A stretch of 63,976 nucleotides of DNA, counting the filler, from Chrysochromulina tobinii (taxonomy: Eukaryota), in assembly GCA_001275005.1 (NCBI GenBank). It is 9 parts of 9 records of this genome, joined end to end, with 100 filler letters (N's around TTAATTAATTAA, not from the genome) between each part and the next. Parts side by side here need not be neighbours in the genome. Positions count along the whole stretch, not along the records: positions 8,577 to 16,706 come from JWZX01000142.1; positions 16,807 to 27,983 come from JWZX01000143.1; 7 more parts are not named here. The stretch is one strand, 5' to 3'. Of this stretch, positions 13,053 to 25,096 are shown piece by piece (within the stretch, counting starts at the first letter, position 1; every line of letters starts with the position of its first letter). A model generated the notes under the pieces. It was not told the DNA's origin. It was given only the letters and a program-made list of their open reading frames with translations, and searched no databases. The position numbers were made by a program, and so were the translations under genes.

Positions 13053-14592
13053 CTACGCCACTTTCTCGTCAACCTTCTGGTTCACCTGGGCGACGGTGGT
13101 CTCGAGGTTGAGGACCCGGGCGCTCACGAGTGCGCTCGACGCGTTCACGACGAGCATCTTCTTGAGGTTGGAGTTCGCGACGCCCGTGATGCGGTCGCCC
13201 AGCTTCTCATTCACCGCCGCTTGATCCTCCACCGACGCTTGAAGCTCGTTGATGTGGGCGGCGATGTTGACGTTGTTCTGCGCCGACCACTCGTAGACTT
13301 GGTTCACGCTGCGCGCGAGGAAGTTGTCCTTGGCCGTCTGCTGCTTCTCGTTGTCCACCTGCTTCTTTTCGAGCGCCTCCTGCTTCTTCGTGAGCAGCGT
13401 GAAGATGTGGCCAAGGACTGCCCAGAGGCGGTTGAGCGACATTTGGATCGAAAGGAGGAATGCCCAGAGGTGGTCGAGCGACTTTACGATCGTGAGGTAC
13501 TTCTGCTCCGAGTCGTTGACCTTCACGACCGCGTCGTTGACCTGCCCCTGGAGCCCCTGGAGCCCCTCGGTCGCCTCGTCCTGGCCCTTGGCAATGCCGG
13601 CGACCTGGTCCTTGAGCGCGACGACGGCATCGCCCTGCAGAATCACCTCATCCTTGAGCTCCACGACGTCCTCCTTGAGCTCCCCGACCTGCTCCTGAAG
13701 CTGCAGGATCGCGGTGTGCATGAAGCCCTTGTCGAACTCGAACGTTTTGAGGACCTTGCCGATCGTCTCTTTGGTGAAGATCTTGCCCTCGCCGAGGTAT
13801 TTCGAGTCAACGAAGACCTTGTCGAACGACTGGGTGATCGCGAGCTTGTCCAGGATGATGTTGATCTTCGTCGCATTCTTGCTGGTCTTGATGGTGCTCG
13901 ACATCATGAGGATGAAGAGGAACGCAGTCGCGACCTCGTACGAGATCGCATCGCCCGTGTACTTCATGTCGACGATGCATTTGTCCAGATGGTCGAGGAT
14001 GTGGTCGAGCACTTTGGTTGACCAGTTCATGAACGAGGCGTCGTGGTCCTTGTTGTGCAGCTGGACCATGTAGTTCTCGAACAGGTGGAGGTTGCCCATG
14101 GTCTCGAGGTCGATGACGTAAACGTCGATGTCGTACGCGGCGACGTGGAAGAAGAGGATCCCGTCATCATTGGCTTCATCCTCGCGCGTGCGCATGCGCT
14201 GCTCGAGGAAGGACTGGATGGCGGACCAGCGCACAAATCTGCGCACGCAGAGCAGTCGAAACGTCAGAACTGGGTGGCACACGGTTCGCAGGCAGTGGCA
14301 CGCACTGGCACCACCACTGTGAGTCCTTCGTCGAGTGTGGGCCTGGCGCGTAGCCGCCGGATATAAGCTTCTCGTCGATGGCGACAAAAACAGTCGCCGT
14401 GCCATTCTTCAGCAACTTGGCCTTCTCGCGCCCGCCGGAGCGCTGCTGGAAGAGGTCGTACAGCTTGTTCGAGGGCGCGTTGCGCATGGCCTCTTCGACT
14501 CGGGCCATCAGAATCGCCTCCCGGGTCTTGATCGTCCGTTGTCCACGCGGCGAGTTCGACGCGTTCAGCGAGAGGTTCGAAAGGACGCCCAT
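13053..14592 (-). CDS. Unknown Lys/Asp-rich protein with a long C-terminal heptad coiled coil
   Basis: Exons 14592-14318 and 14238-13053 (predicted intron 14239-14317). Strong C/G third-position bias; heptads LQEQVGELKEDVVELKDEV. Confidence 0.65.
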
Positions 14593-14971
14593 CTGGAAGG
14601 TGAATACCTAATTAGGATGGGAGCTCGCCCCTCCCAAATTAGGATGGACGCTCGCCTCTCCCAAATTGGGACGCCTTCCTTCCGCATAACTTCCACAGAG
14701 CATTAAACAGCGGTCTCCCAGCACATCTTACCAAAAAAGCGGGCTGGCGAACGTCGACAGACGACACTGCGTGTCGAGTTAGACACGGAGGTCGGAGATC
14801 TGCGAGCCAGTTCTACTTCGTGTACTCTGCAAGTGTTCTATAGTCGCGGTTTTGAAGACACTTGAGAAGACGATTCTGAGTACTGAGACAGAGTGACTCT
14901 ACTGTGACTCCAGGGACCCCCGTCGCCCGAGCTGCTCGGCATCGGAACGTTCGACGGAGCCCGCCTTTCGC

Positions 14972-16706
14972 CTATCGGCCGGCCCGGCGTCCCGTCGGCA
15001 TCGTGCGATACGGTCGTGTGGGCGGTGGCGCTTGGAGCGGGCGGGGCGAGGGCGGCGGCGAGGGTGGCGAGGGTGGCTTCGAAGGCGGTGCGGGCGGCGA
15101 GGGTGGTGCGGGCGGCGTGCCAGGCGGCGTCGGGCGGCAGAGGAAGCAGAGGTGGTCAAAGGCCTCGGGGTCGACCCCAATGAAGTCGAGCACAAACCTG
15201 CGCGCGAGAGAGAACGCCGAGGGGCGGTGAGCGTGCGTGGCACGAGCAAGCGCCCCAACCGGAGTGCCGAGTCGGCTGGGTGACCGGCGCGCGCACCGCA
15301 TGACGCACTCAGCGGGCACCTCGAGCATGGTCACCGGCGTTGACGAATTCGGCGCCGCTGCCGCTGCACCTGCGACCTGCGCCACTCCCCCCGTCGCCAC
15401 GGCAGCAACGCGCCCAGTCGGCATGGGCAGCGCCGTAGACATCGGTCGCAGCGTCGGCGCCGCCGCAACGCCCGCCGCGTTCGTGCCGGCGCCTTCGCCT
15501 CGCGGCTTGGCATTCGAGTTGGCATTCGAGTTGGCGTTGGCAGGCTCGTCGACGACCGAGCGGAGATACGCGGCGAGCCACGCCTCGCGGAGGTCGCTCG
15601 GGTACGTGTGGTGGGACGGGTAGCTCACCTCGTTGACACGGAGCATCCGGTGGGGGTGGCCCCCAAAGTAGTCGAAACGGAACCAGTCGGCCCCAAAGAA
15701 GGAAGCGAGCCGGCGCACGTACGCTCGCACCTCCGGGAGCGAGCGCGCAAACTGCAGTGTATACTTGCGGCACGTGAGCTGCGGGTTGGGGCAGTTGGGC
15801 GTGGGCAGGCAGTCGTGCGAGCCATTGGCATGCAGACGCACGTCGAAGCAGCCCGCGCCCTTGGCCTTTGGGATCTCCTGCACCCGCATGTGCACCGGCT
15901 CGCCCAGGTGCGCGAGCACGTTCATCTCGGCGAGCCCATGAGGCCAGCGCAGCCCGCGCGGCGCCCCCTCGGTGTACAGCGACTGCACGACGACACCGCG
16001 TTGCTCATACCACTGCCCCCACGAGGAGCGACCCTTGAAGAGGAAGCGCTCCACCATCGTCGCCACGAGCGCCTCTGTCCAGTTCTCACGCCGCCAGCGC
16101 TCGGGCGTCATCACGAGTAGACCGTAGTTGGTGCCGTCCGAGGCGGGCTTGGCCACGAAGCCTCGCCGCGGCCCGAAGCCGCCGCGCGCAAGCACCGCGC
16201 ACAGCTCGGCGCGCGAATACGCGGGCCACTCACCCAGCCTCGTGTATGCGAAGCCGCCGTAGACCACCTCCATCGCGGGCAACCCGAGCCGAGTCAGTGC
16301 AGTGGACGCGAGCAGCTTGTTCTCGAGTACGCCAAGGGTGCGCGCAGCGCGGTAGTTGGTCATCATCAGCCGCAGCCGCAGCGCGTGCGAGGGCTGTTGC
16401 GGCCGGCTGTGGGACAACCTCTCGTAGCTGTCGTCGTAGCTGCTGTCGTCCTCGAGCGAGCGAGCCGCCGCCACGAGCCCTCCCTCCTCTGGCATCTCCT
16501 CTGATACCTCCTCTGATACTTCCTCGACATCCGCCGCGCCGAGGGCCGCAACGTCCAGTTCCGCGTCCGCGTCCAGCTCCGCGTCTGTGACTGCGTCTGT
16601 GACCTCGTCTGTGACAGCGCCCAGGCGCCGAGCGGACCTCGGGAAACGGTCGCCGCCGTCACCGCCGCGGCCGCCGCGGTCGCCGCGGTCGCCGCGGTCG
16701 CCGCGG
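14972..16706 (-). CDS. ATP-grasp protein, TupA-like; 5'-partial; Pro-rich tail
   Basis: LENKL, FVAKPASDGTNYG, WYEQRGVVVQ, RLASFFGADWFRFDYF and RVNEVSYP follow ATP-grasp motif order. Frame open to the contig end; probable in-frame intron 15198-15296. Confidence 0.7.
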
Positions 16707-16953
16707 NNNNNNNNNNNNNNNNNNNNNNNNNNNNNNNNNNNNNNNNNNNNTTAATTAATTAANNNNNNNNNNNNNNNNNNNNNNNNNNNNNNNNNNNNNN
16801 NNNNNNGATCGATCCGATCGAGGACGAGGCGGGAACATAAAAAGTTTGTTTGGAAGGCAAGTCAAGTCAAGTCAAGTCATGCCTGCGTCTGTCGGTCAGG
16901 CGTCTGTCGCTCAACTTGACTTGTCTTGTCTTCGACTGGGAATATCTCTGGCC

Positions 16954-17388
16954 ATGGAGTCGCTGCCGACCGCGCCGCCGACCCCCCATGGGATCCTCTT
17001 CGTGCTCTCCCACGAGCAGGCTGAGCACGCCATACACAGAAACGTCTGTAGCATGGGACGCTTAGCCGAGGGACGCAGCGGCGTCGTTGCCGGCCAGCCA
17101 GTGTTCATATTCGACGCGGATGAGCGCTGTTTGCACGGGCCGTTCGCAGCAGTCAACCTGGACCCCACGGGAAAGGGAACGATGCCCGCGGCGCAGCTGC
17201 GTTTCGCTCCCGTCGTGCGCTCGTTTGCTCCGCTGCCCGAAGACATCGCAGCCGACGTCCTCGCATTCGATCCGGGTACGGATAGCTCTGGCCGCCGTTG
17301 CCCATCATCGCGTGTGGATTCAAGTGTCGTCGCACCTCTACTACTGCTCTTCGTGCTGCGCCACCATCGACTCCTCGATCTAAACTGA
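16954..17388 (+). CDS. DCD (development and cell death) domain protein
   Basis: GILFVL..., GQPVFIFD..ERCLHGPF, AQLRF, PLPED and LLLLF resemble the DCD pattern (G.IF.C, PG.PLFLF..+LHG.F, PAQVR, PL.E). Confidence 0.65.
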   Translation: MESLPTAPPTPHGILFVLSHEQAEHAIHRNVCSMGRLAEGRSGVVAGQPVFIFDADERCLHGPFAAVNLDPTGKGTMPAAQLRFAPVVRSFAPLPEDIAADVLAFDPGTDSSGRRCPSSRVDSSVVAPLLLLFVLRHHRLLDLN

Positions 17389-17933
17389 TCGCAGTGCATC
17401 GTGCTTGAATGCGGCATGTGGGGGTTTTGGTTGAAAGTGGGGCTCGAGCGGGGTGCATTTCGTGTTCTTGATGATTTGGGCGACTAGAGTCACACTAACT
17501 TTAGGTACAGCTCTTTTGCATCCGGTTCCGCGTTGTACTTGCCGCACGTCACATGTGAGCGTCCGCCATGCACTGATCACGCGCGCCTAGTCCCCGCACT
17601 CGACCGGTGTGACATTCGTCGTCGTCACGATTATCAATGCACGATATATACATTTATCGTATTCCACAGGTCCACCGTGTCGTTTCTCGTTAACGGTGTG
17701 TGTCTCTCTCTGCACGTCTGCACTCGACTCTTCTCTCCGCAATTCAGGGGGTCCCGCCAATTGGTAGGGTAGTTTGTTCAGTTACAAATATCTCTCTCAG
17801 TCTGCTCCCTGTTCTTCCGGCGACGTTCTGGACACGCGGCGGTGTGACGCCTGATCTGACTCAGCGATTGATCGTGTTCCCCGTGGCATGCGACACCAAC
17901 ACGCATCATGAGCATGAAAGGGCGGTTCAGGTC

Positions 17934-18488
17934 TCAGGAGGCGGCCCTCTTGGCCGCACTCGACTTCGCCATGGCTGAGAGACGCACGGCGGCAAGCACC
18001 GCCTTGGCGGCGGCAGCAACGCCCGTGCTGCCACCGATCTTGTCGATGAGCTCGTGCGGAAGCTCGGTCATGGGCGCGATGGTCCCAAACTCGAAGACGG
18101 CCCCGTCGCGGAAGATGGCCCACGAGCTGGCGACCCCGCACTCCTTGGCAAACTCGGCAGCCTGCTTCTCTGCATCGGACGCGTCGGCCTTGGCCGCCTG
18201 CGCGTTCGCCAATAGTACGGCTTCCTTACCTTCGAAGGCTTTGCCCACGAGGCCGCTGCCGGCCTTATATTTGATCCGGCTTTCCGTGATCTTCTCGCCG
18301 TACGGGCCATATGCTCTGCCACCGAGATTGATTTGGCAAGAGAGTTCCTTGAAAGCGCCGCAGTACCAGACGATGTAATAGCAGAAGTTGTTGTCCTTGC
18401 AGTACTGCTCGAGGTCCATGTAACCAAGGCGGCATGTTAGTTCCACCTTCGATTGCGGCAGCTTTTCTACTCCTTCGAGATCAGCCAT
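17934..18488 (-). CDS. Small stand-alone GAF-like protein (bHLH-MYC_N/NLP-type)
   Basis: YYIVW ... GSGLVGKAF ... FAKECGVASSWAI ... GAVFEFGT resembles YAIFW / G.GL.G+A / A...GI.T...IP / GV+E+G. Confidence 0.6.
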   Translation of the reverse strand: MADLEGVEKLPQSKVELTCRLGYMDLEQYCKDNNFCYYIVWYCGAFKELSCQINLGGRAYGPYGEKITESRIKYKAGSGLVGKAFEGKEAVLLANAQAAKADASDAEKQAAEFAKECGVASSWAIFRDGAVFEFGTIAPMTELPHELIDKIGGSTGVAAAAKAVLAAVRLSAMAKSSAAKRAAS

Positions 18489-18957
18489 CGCGGACAGGCA
18501 ATCGCAAGGACGCCATCACCATCCCGTCCCGGATTTGCCGAGTCATGTTTCGTCAGTTTTTCGGAAGTTTTTTGTACACGTACTGTTCAGTGAAGAGGTT
18601 GCCTGTTGTTCATGTAGGAACTGAACATTTGTGAGAGGGTGTGTAATGTCACCCTGTCACCGTGGCAAATGCGAACGCGACCAGACCAGACCCAAACGCC
18701 AAAAGGGTGCAAAGAAACGTCAGAACTCGTCAAGTTGATCGTGCCCGGAATGTTAACCCGGAATGCCGGAAAGCGAAAGGGAAGTAGGAAGAACCCGATT
18801 GGAAGAACCGCGAAGCGAAGCAACCACAAGCAACCGACGACCGACGTGCGACGCGCCCGCGCGCAATGCGGCCCGCGACGGTGCACAGACGCACGAGCAC
18901 ACACACACCGACCACGGCCCGTTGAGACCGGACGGAGACCCGGGCGTATCGGTTACT

Positions 18958-19563
18958 TTAGTTTGCTACCCCTTTCGCCTTTGGCAAGCTTCGCTTACGA
19001 GCACTCACTAGAACAACCTCGAAGAGTCGGTGTCGCGCGACGATGCCAAAGAGTGTGCTGATGATCGTGAGGAAGAGCCACGCGCCGCGACCGATGGCGC
19101 CACTCGCGTGCAGCTCGTCACGCTGACGCCTTGCGTGATCGGCAAACGGGCGCAGCACGCGCGGGCCGATGGGCTCGATCGCGAGCGTCTCGAGACCAGC
19201 AGCCTCAAGGGCTGCGGCGTACCTGATGAGGGATGCCATCAGAGGTCATCAGGGTCATTCAGAGGCAATCAAGCCATCTCAAGGACTGCTGCGTACTCCT
19301 TGGCGCCATGGAGATTGGACGCAATCAGACGCAATCAGACGCAATCAGACGTAATCAGATGCAATCGAACGCAATCAGACGTACTCCTTGGCGCCATGGA
19401 GATTGGACCACGGGATGTCGCAGAGCCGCGCGATCAGCCGGCGCAAGACCGCGCGCCATAAGCGGCGCCAGCCCCGCCGGTAGCGGCCGAGGCGGCCACG
19501 GCGGCCCGTGTGCTCCCCGCGCCGCCACCACCACTGCAGCAGCTGCTGCTGCTGCTGCTGCTT

Positions 19564-19603
<40 letters not shown>

Positions 19604-20223
19604 GTCGCGACGATCAGGTCTGCCGCCGCGAATCGCCCCTCTGGACGAAGCAGCGGCGCAGCGTGATCACGCAAAAACACAGCGCGCGTTGAAAAGTGGT
19701 AGGCACAGTCGAGGCAGAGCACAACGTCAAAGGAGGGCTCGCTCGAGCCGACGGCGGCGGCCAGAGCGGTGGCCGAACCATGGATCACGTCGACTGCGCC
19801 GGAGCCGCCCAGTGATCCGTCGCGCTGCGCCCTGTGCGCAGCCTCCACATGGGTCAGCGACGCTTCGACGGCCACAACGCGGCGGACGCCAAAGCGCTCG
19901 ATCCAGAAGTTTGTCTGCTCCGCGTAGCCCACGCCCACGTCAAGAACCTCGTCGTGTGCGCCGAGCGACGCCGCCTCTCCCACAGCCGCAGCGAGCGACG
20001 TGCACGCCTCTTTAAACGAAGTCCTTGCCGCCTCATCAGCTGACGCAGGCCAAAGGCCGAGGTTGCACCAGCGCGAGGTGAGACGCCACGCCGACGAGGA
20101 GGGCTGACAGTGTTGTTGGGCGCTATCTGCGGCGGCAGCGCCCTCGCCGGCCTTGCGCCGCTCCAGGTTGAGGAGCAGCGGCGCCGATTCATAGGTGCTG
20201 CCGACGATGAGGAATGCATCCAT
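18958..20223 (-). CDS. Class I SAM-dependent methyltransferase
   Basis: Exons 20223-19385 and 19222-18958. WCNLGLW, VLDVGVGYAEQ, FDVVLCLDCAYHF, LLRPEGRFAAADL, YAAALEAAG; contains a poly-D/poly-Q insert. Confidence 0.9.
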
Positions 20224-20448
20224 TTCACGCTTTCAATCCCTATGAATACGAGTTCAAGTCAATGTACATGTATTGATTTCACTTGACTTTGTTCTGGGGT
20301 CAGTCCCCTGGATGGTTGGATGGGCACGGACAGCAGGACAGGGTTCGGGAAACTTGACCTAGTTAGGAAGTTCTTGCTCGCTCGTGAATGGAGCACAAGT
20401 GCAGAGCCACTTCTGCGCGAGCGAGCACGGCACCTCGCTGCATCAGCA

Positions 20449-23400
20449 ATGGGCTGCGCTAGCTCGAGCCCAGGCAAGGCCGCTCGGCTGCCGCCGCCTG
20501 GCGGTGGCGGCGGCGGCAGCACGCAGCAGACGGATGAGGATGGCTACAACCCGCTGACGCAGGAGGAGATCCATTCACGCATCCAGTGCAGCGAGAGGGC
20601 GCTCCTGTTCCCGCTCGGGAAGACGGGTGTGACATTGCGCTATGCGTACCTCTCGCAGCGCGGCTACTATCCCGATGACCTTTACAAGGCCAACCAGGAC
20701 GCGTTCAAGATCGTCGAGAGGTTCAATGGCCGGGACGACCAGATCTTTCTGGGCGTGTTTGACGGCCACGGCTCGGACGGTCACTCGTGCTCGTATTTTG
20801 TGCGCGACTCGATCGAGGCCGAGCTCAAGCGCCAGATGGCCAAGTACCCGAACGACTTCGAGAGGGCGTACCGGCTCGCGTTCGAGACCGTCAACCTGCG
20901 CATGCACGACCAGTACTTTGACGACTCAATGAGCGGGACGACGGCGATCACTGCGTTCTTCACAGGCACGACGTTCACAGTGGCGAACATTGGCGACTCA
21001 CGCGCGATGGTGGGCGAGAAGAAGGGCAAGCGAGTCATTGCCTACTCGCTCTCCATTGACCAGACGCCCTACCGTGCGGACGAGCGGGAGCGCGTCAAGG
21101 CGGCAGGTGCGGTGGTCATGTCGTGTGATCAGCTCGAAGGAGTAGTACCGTACCATGAGAATTGGGGCGTGAGTCTGGGCGAGGAGCTCGATAACGGCGG
21201 CGACCCGCCGCGCGTGTGGGCGCCCGGGAAGAGCTTCCCAGGCTGCGCGTTTACGCGCTCGATTGGCGATTCGGTCGCGGAGAGCATTGGAGTGTACTCC
21301 GAGCCCGAGTTGCTGCGCAAGGAGCTCGCTGACGGGGACCAGTTCCTTGTGCTCGCATCGGATGGCGTGTGGGAGTTTCTGACGAACCAGTCGGTCGCGG
21401 ACATCATCACGAAGTTCGACGACCCGCTCGACGGTTGCCGCGCCGTCGTGGCTGAGTCGTACCGGTTGTGGTTACAGTACGAGGTGCGGACGGACGACAT
21501 CACGATGATCCTCGCTTTCGTCGACCGTGCCAACGGCCAGAGCGGCAGAGAGCAGCCTAGGTCGGGCTCCCTCTCCACGTTGCGCCACGGCTCCCCCGAC
21601 CAAATGTCGGCCGGGCTGGGCGTCGTCGGGCGCGCTGGCGGCGAGAATCGCCCAGTACGGCGCGCGCTCTCGAAGGAGAAGAAGTCGCAGATGTCGATCT
21701 CGTCGACGTCGGCGGAGGCGGAGGACTTATCTGATTGGGTGATGGAGACGATCCCAAAGACCCGAGCGGAGCTCGCGCGCATCAAAGGCGCCGTCAAGAC
21801 CAATTTCCTCTTCCAGCACCTGAACGAGGCTCAGCAGCAGCTCGTGTTTGACGTGATGAAGCGGGTGGAAGTTAGCCGAGGCGACGTAGTCATTCGGCAG
21901 GGCGACCCGGGGGACTGGTTCTACGTCGTCGACTCGGGCGAGTTCTCAGTCTGGATGAGCCAGAATGGCAAAGAGCATCAGATCCTCAGGTACGCTTGAT
22001 GGCTGATCTCGACTGATCTCGGCTCACTGCAGATTGCCTCTTGAGTGCCTTTGAGTCCCTCTGGATTGCCTCTTTGATCAGGTACACGACCGGCGGCGGC
22101 ATCAACCCTTGCTTTGGCGAACTGGCCCTCATGTACGGCAAGCCGCGCGCGGCCACAGTGCGCGCGGACACGGTCGGCGCACTTTGGGCAATGGACCGCA
22201 AGTCGTTCCGCTCGATCTTGATGAAGTCGTCCTCGCTCACGCTCACGCGCACGCTACGCGCCGTGGCGGTCCTCAAGAGTCTCTCCGTCGGTCAGCTGCA
22301 GCGCCTGCAGGACCTGCTGACGGAGGTGACTTTCAGCCCTAATCAGAAGATCATCACGCAAGGCGAGGCGAGTGACAACCTGTACATCATCGCAGAGGGG
22401 CGCGTGCGCATCACGAAACACGAGAATGGGGGGGAGAAGCACGTCATGGACCTCGGGCAGGGAGCCTACTTTGGCGAGCGTGCCCTACTTTACTCGGAGC
22501 CACGCGCAGCTTCGGTGCATGCCGCTGAGTGCCCCCGAGTGCCTCTGACCGCCTCTGCTCGCCCCCGATCGCTTCTGGCCGCCTCTGACTGCCTCCGTCA
22601 TCAGGTGAGTGCCTCGACTGCATGCAAGCTGCTCTACATCTCCAAAGGCGCATTCGAAGAGGTCCTGGGCTCGCTGCAGGGGATCATCGACGTTGACCGG
22701 CAGACGCGCGAGGGGATCGCCCATCAGAAGGCCCTCGTCCTTGAGCAAGAGGGCCTAGCACACGTGCAGGTGCCGCACGTGTGGGAGGGCATCGAAGGCG
22801 TCGCGTGCGCGTCCGAACCCTTCCAGTACACTTTAGCGAAGCTCAAAGGGCGCGAGTACACTGTCCGGGTCGCGTCTAAGGATAAGATCGTCCAGTCTGG
22901 ATTGCATGCGCGGGTGATGGCGGAGAAGGAGCTCGTCTCGACCCTCGTACAGGAGCATCGGATGGTGCCACTTGCTCTCATGACGCTCCAGGACGAGAGC
23001 ACGCTCTTCACTGTGTACAAGCCCCGCGTCGCCATCGACCTCGCCAGCTTGATGGGGGAGAGCGGCTTCGACGAGGCGACTGCGCGATTCTACACGGCTG
23101 GGGTGCGCTGCTTTTCAGTGCCTTATCAACGGCCTCTTGATTGCCTCTGGATTGACTCTACATGGATCCTTGTTTGACTCTTGATTGCGTATCTCATCAG
23201 GTGTGCCTCGGGCTCGAGCACTTACGCGCCGAGCACAGCCGCATCATCTACCGCAACTTGACGCCCGATGCGATCATAGTCGATGCCTTGGGCTATCCGC
23301 AGCTGATGGACATGCGCTACGCCGTCAAGGTGGATTCCGCGCCCACGGACTTTTGCGGCTATGCGCATTACCTCTCGCCCGAGCAGGTGCTGGGGCAGGG

Positions 23401-23854
23401 GCACGGCTTCGCGGCAGACTTCTGGGCGCTCGGCATCCTAACGTACGAGATGTGCTGCGGCGGCGCCAACCCTTGGCTCACAGGCGACTCTGTCGAGGAC
23501 AGCGAGATGGGCATCTACGCGCGCATCTCGGCGCATTCTCACGAAGGCCTCAAATACCCCGAGGGCTCCAGCCCGTCCAAGGAGCTCGTCGAGGTGCTCG
23601 ATGGCCTGTTGCACCCCGTCCCAGGCAGCCGGCTCGGCGAGCGCGGCATGGGGCCCAAGGAGCTGCGCCACGCCAAGTGGTTCAACGGGCTTCATTGGGA
23701 CAAGCTCGAAGCGGGAAAGCTCGACTCGCCGCACAAGAGGCAGGCGCACGAGGCCGAGAGCGCCGCGCTCAGGGGAAGAACGAAACCCGACGGGCTCGGG
23801 TCCAGATACTCAGGCGAGGCGGGCCTTTTCAGCGGTTTCAGCAGCATCTTCTGA
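20449..23854 (+). CDS. Protein phosphatase 2C + two cNMP-binding domains + degenerate AGC-like kinase domain
   Basis: Exons 20449-21989, 22082-22514, 22605-23102, 23201-23854. PP2C: NQDAF, GVFDGHG, ANIGDSR, TRSIGD, LASDGVWE, DDIT. cNMP: FGELAL..PRAATV and FGERAL..PRAASV. Kinase: YRNLTPD, DMRY, YLSPE, ADFWALG. N-terminus MGC. Confidence 0.92.
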
Positions 23855-24592
23855 TAAAGGGCGCCGTGGTGGGCGTGTGCGCGCCCTCGCCGGCCATGGC
23901 CATCACGTTTCGCCGAGCATCGTGGGCTGAGGCCCCGTCAGTTACACTTGTCTCTTCGTCTCCTCTCGTTTCAACGCGGCTCCAGGGCTGTACTCATTCA
24001 ATTCCCAAACAGGTGAGAGGTGTAGGGTTGGGGCCTCGTATAAAGCATGAAAATAGTAGACCACTCCCCCTCGTTGGGTCAACCGTCACGCCATTCAATT
24101 ACGCCCAAACAGGAGAGAGGAGTAGCGGGCGCGGGGTTTCGGGTTAGGCGGCCTGCCCCCGACCGCGGTCGAAGACCGCGGTTTCATTCTTGGGAGTGGA
24201 GTCGGCTCCGGGTCGTTCGTGCGGTTCCGTCTGGTTCGCCCCGCACGCGCCACCGGCGCGCGGCCTCGACGAGGCACAGGCCAGCGCCGGAGCTTGAAGC
24301 GTAGTAACCGACGCGAAGAATAGCGGCTCGTCTTTCCCGTCCGCGTCCCCGCCCCGCTCACCCGTCCCGTCCGGACCGTCCGACGGGGTCGGCGGGGAGC
24401 TCGGTCCTCTCTCCCCGCCCCTCGGCCGCTTTCGATTGACATTGCGCGCGAGGCGAGACTCCACTTTTACTGAGCCCGGTTTCTAATTTCTAAAGCGAAG
24501 CCTATCGTATCCGGCGTAGCCGCTCGCGCTGCAGTACCGTACAGTAGACTGCGCCTCGCAGCCGAGCCTGTGGAAGCGGAACCAGCCCCTCG

Positions 24593-25044
24593 CTACGTGA
24601 ACGCGCTGTAGATGAGTGCTCGGCAATCGCGCAGGCAGCCACTGGTGCATGGCGTGGTTCGAAGCATCGGGGCAATTGGCGAGTTGCAATCCCAGGACGC
24701 GTTTTGGTGCCTGCCCATCGACGTGTACAAGCGCACCTTATTGAGTAGCCACGCCGCGGCTGACGCATACCTGAACGACTTCGGGGAGCGCCACAGTTTA
24801 CCGTCGCACGAGCGCAAATGCGCCGACGAGGCGAAGCTCGAGTGCTGCGCCCCCCATCGAAGGATTGCCCCAGACGATGCGAGCAGAAGCCAGTCGAGGA
24901 GCAACGCATCCCTTCCGCTCAGCGTCAGTGTGCCACCGAGCGTCGCCGTCCCACCCAGCGTCACCGCCCCCTGCGGCGCACTGGATATCAACGCGGCGTC
25001 ATTCATGCTGCTTCCTCTGCCGCCGCTACCGGCGCTACCGGCGC

Positions 25045-25096
<52 letters not shown>

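Noticed and set aside
19222..19240. CTGATGAG (reverse of cassette B) as a hammerhead core or snoRNA box C
   Set aside because: No GAAA partner or stems visible; explained as the reverse complement of CTCATCAG acceptors.
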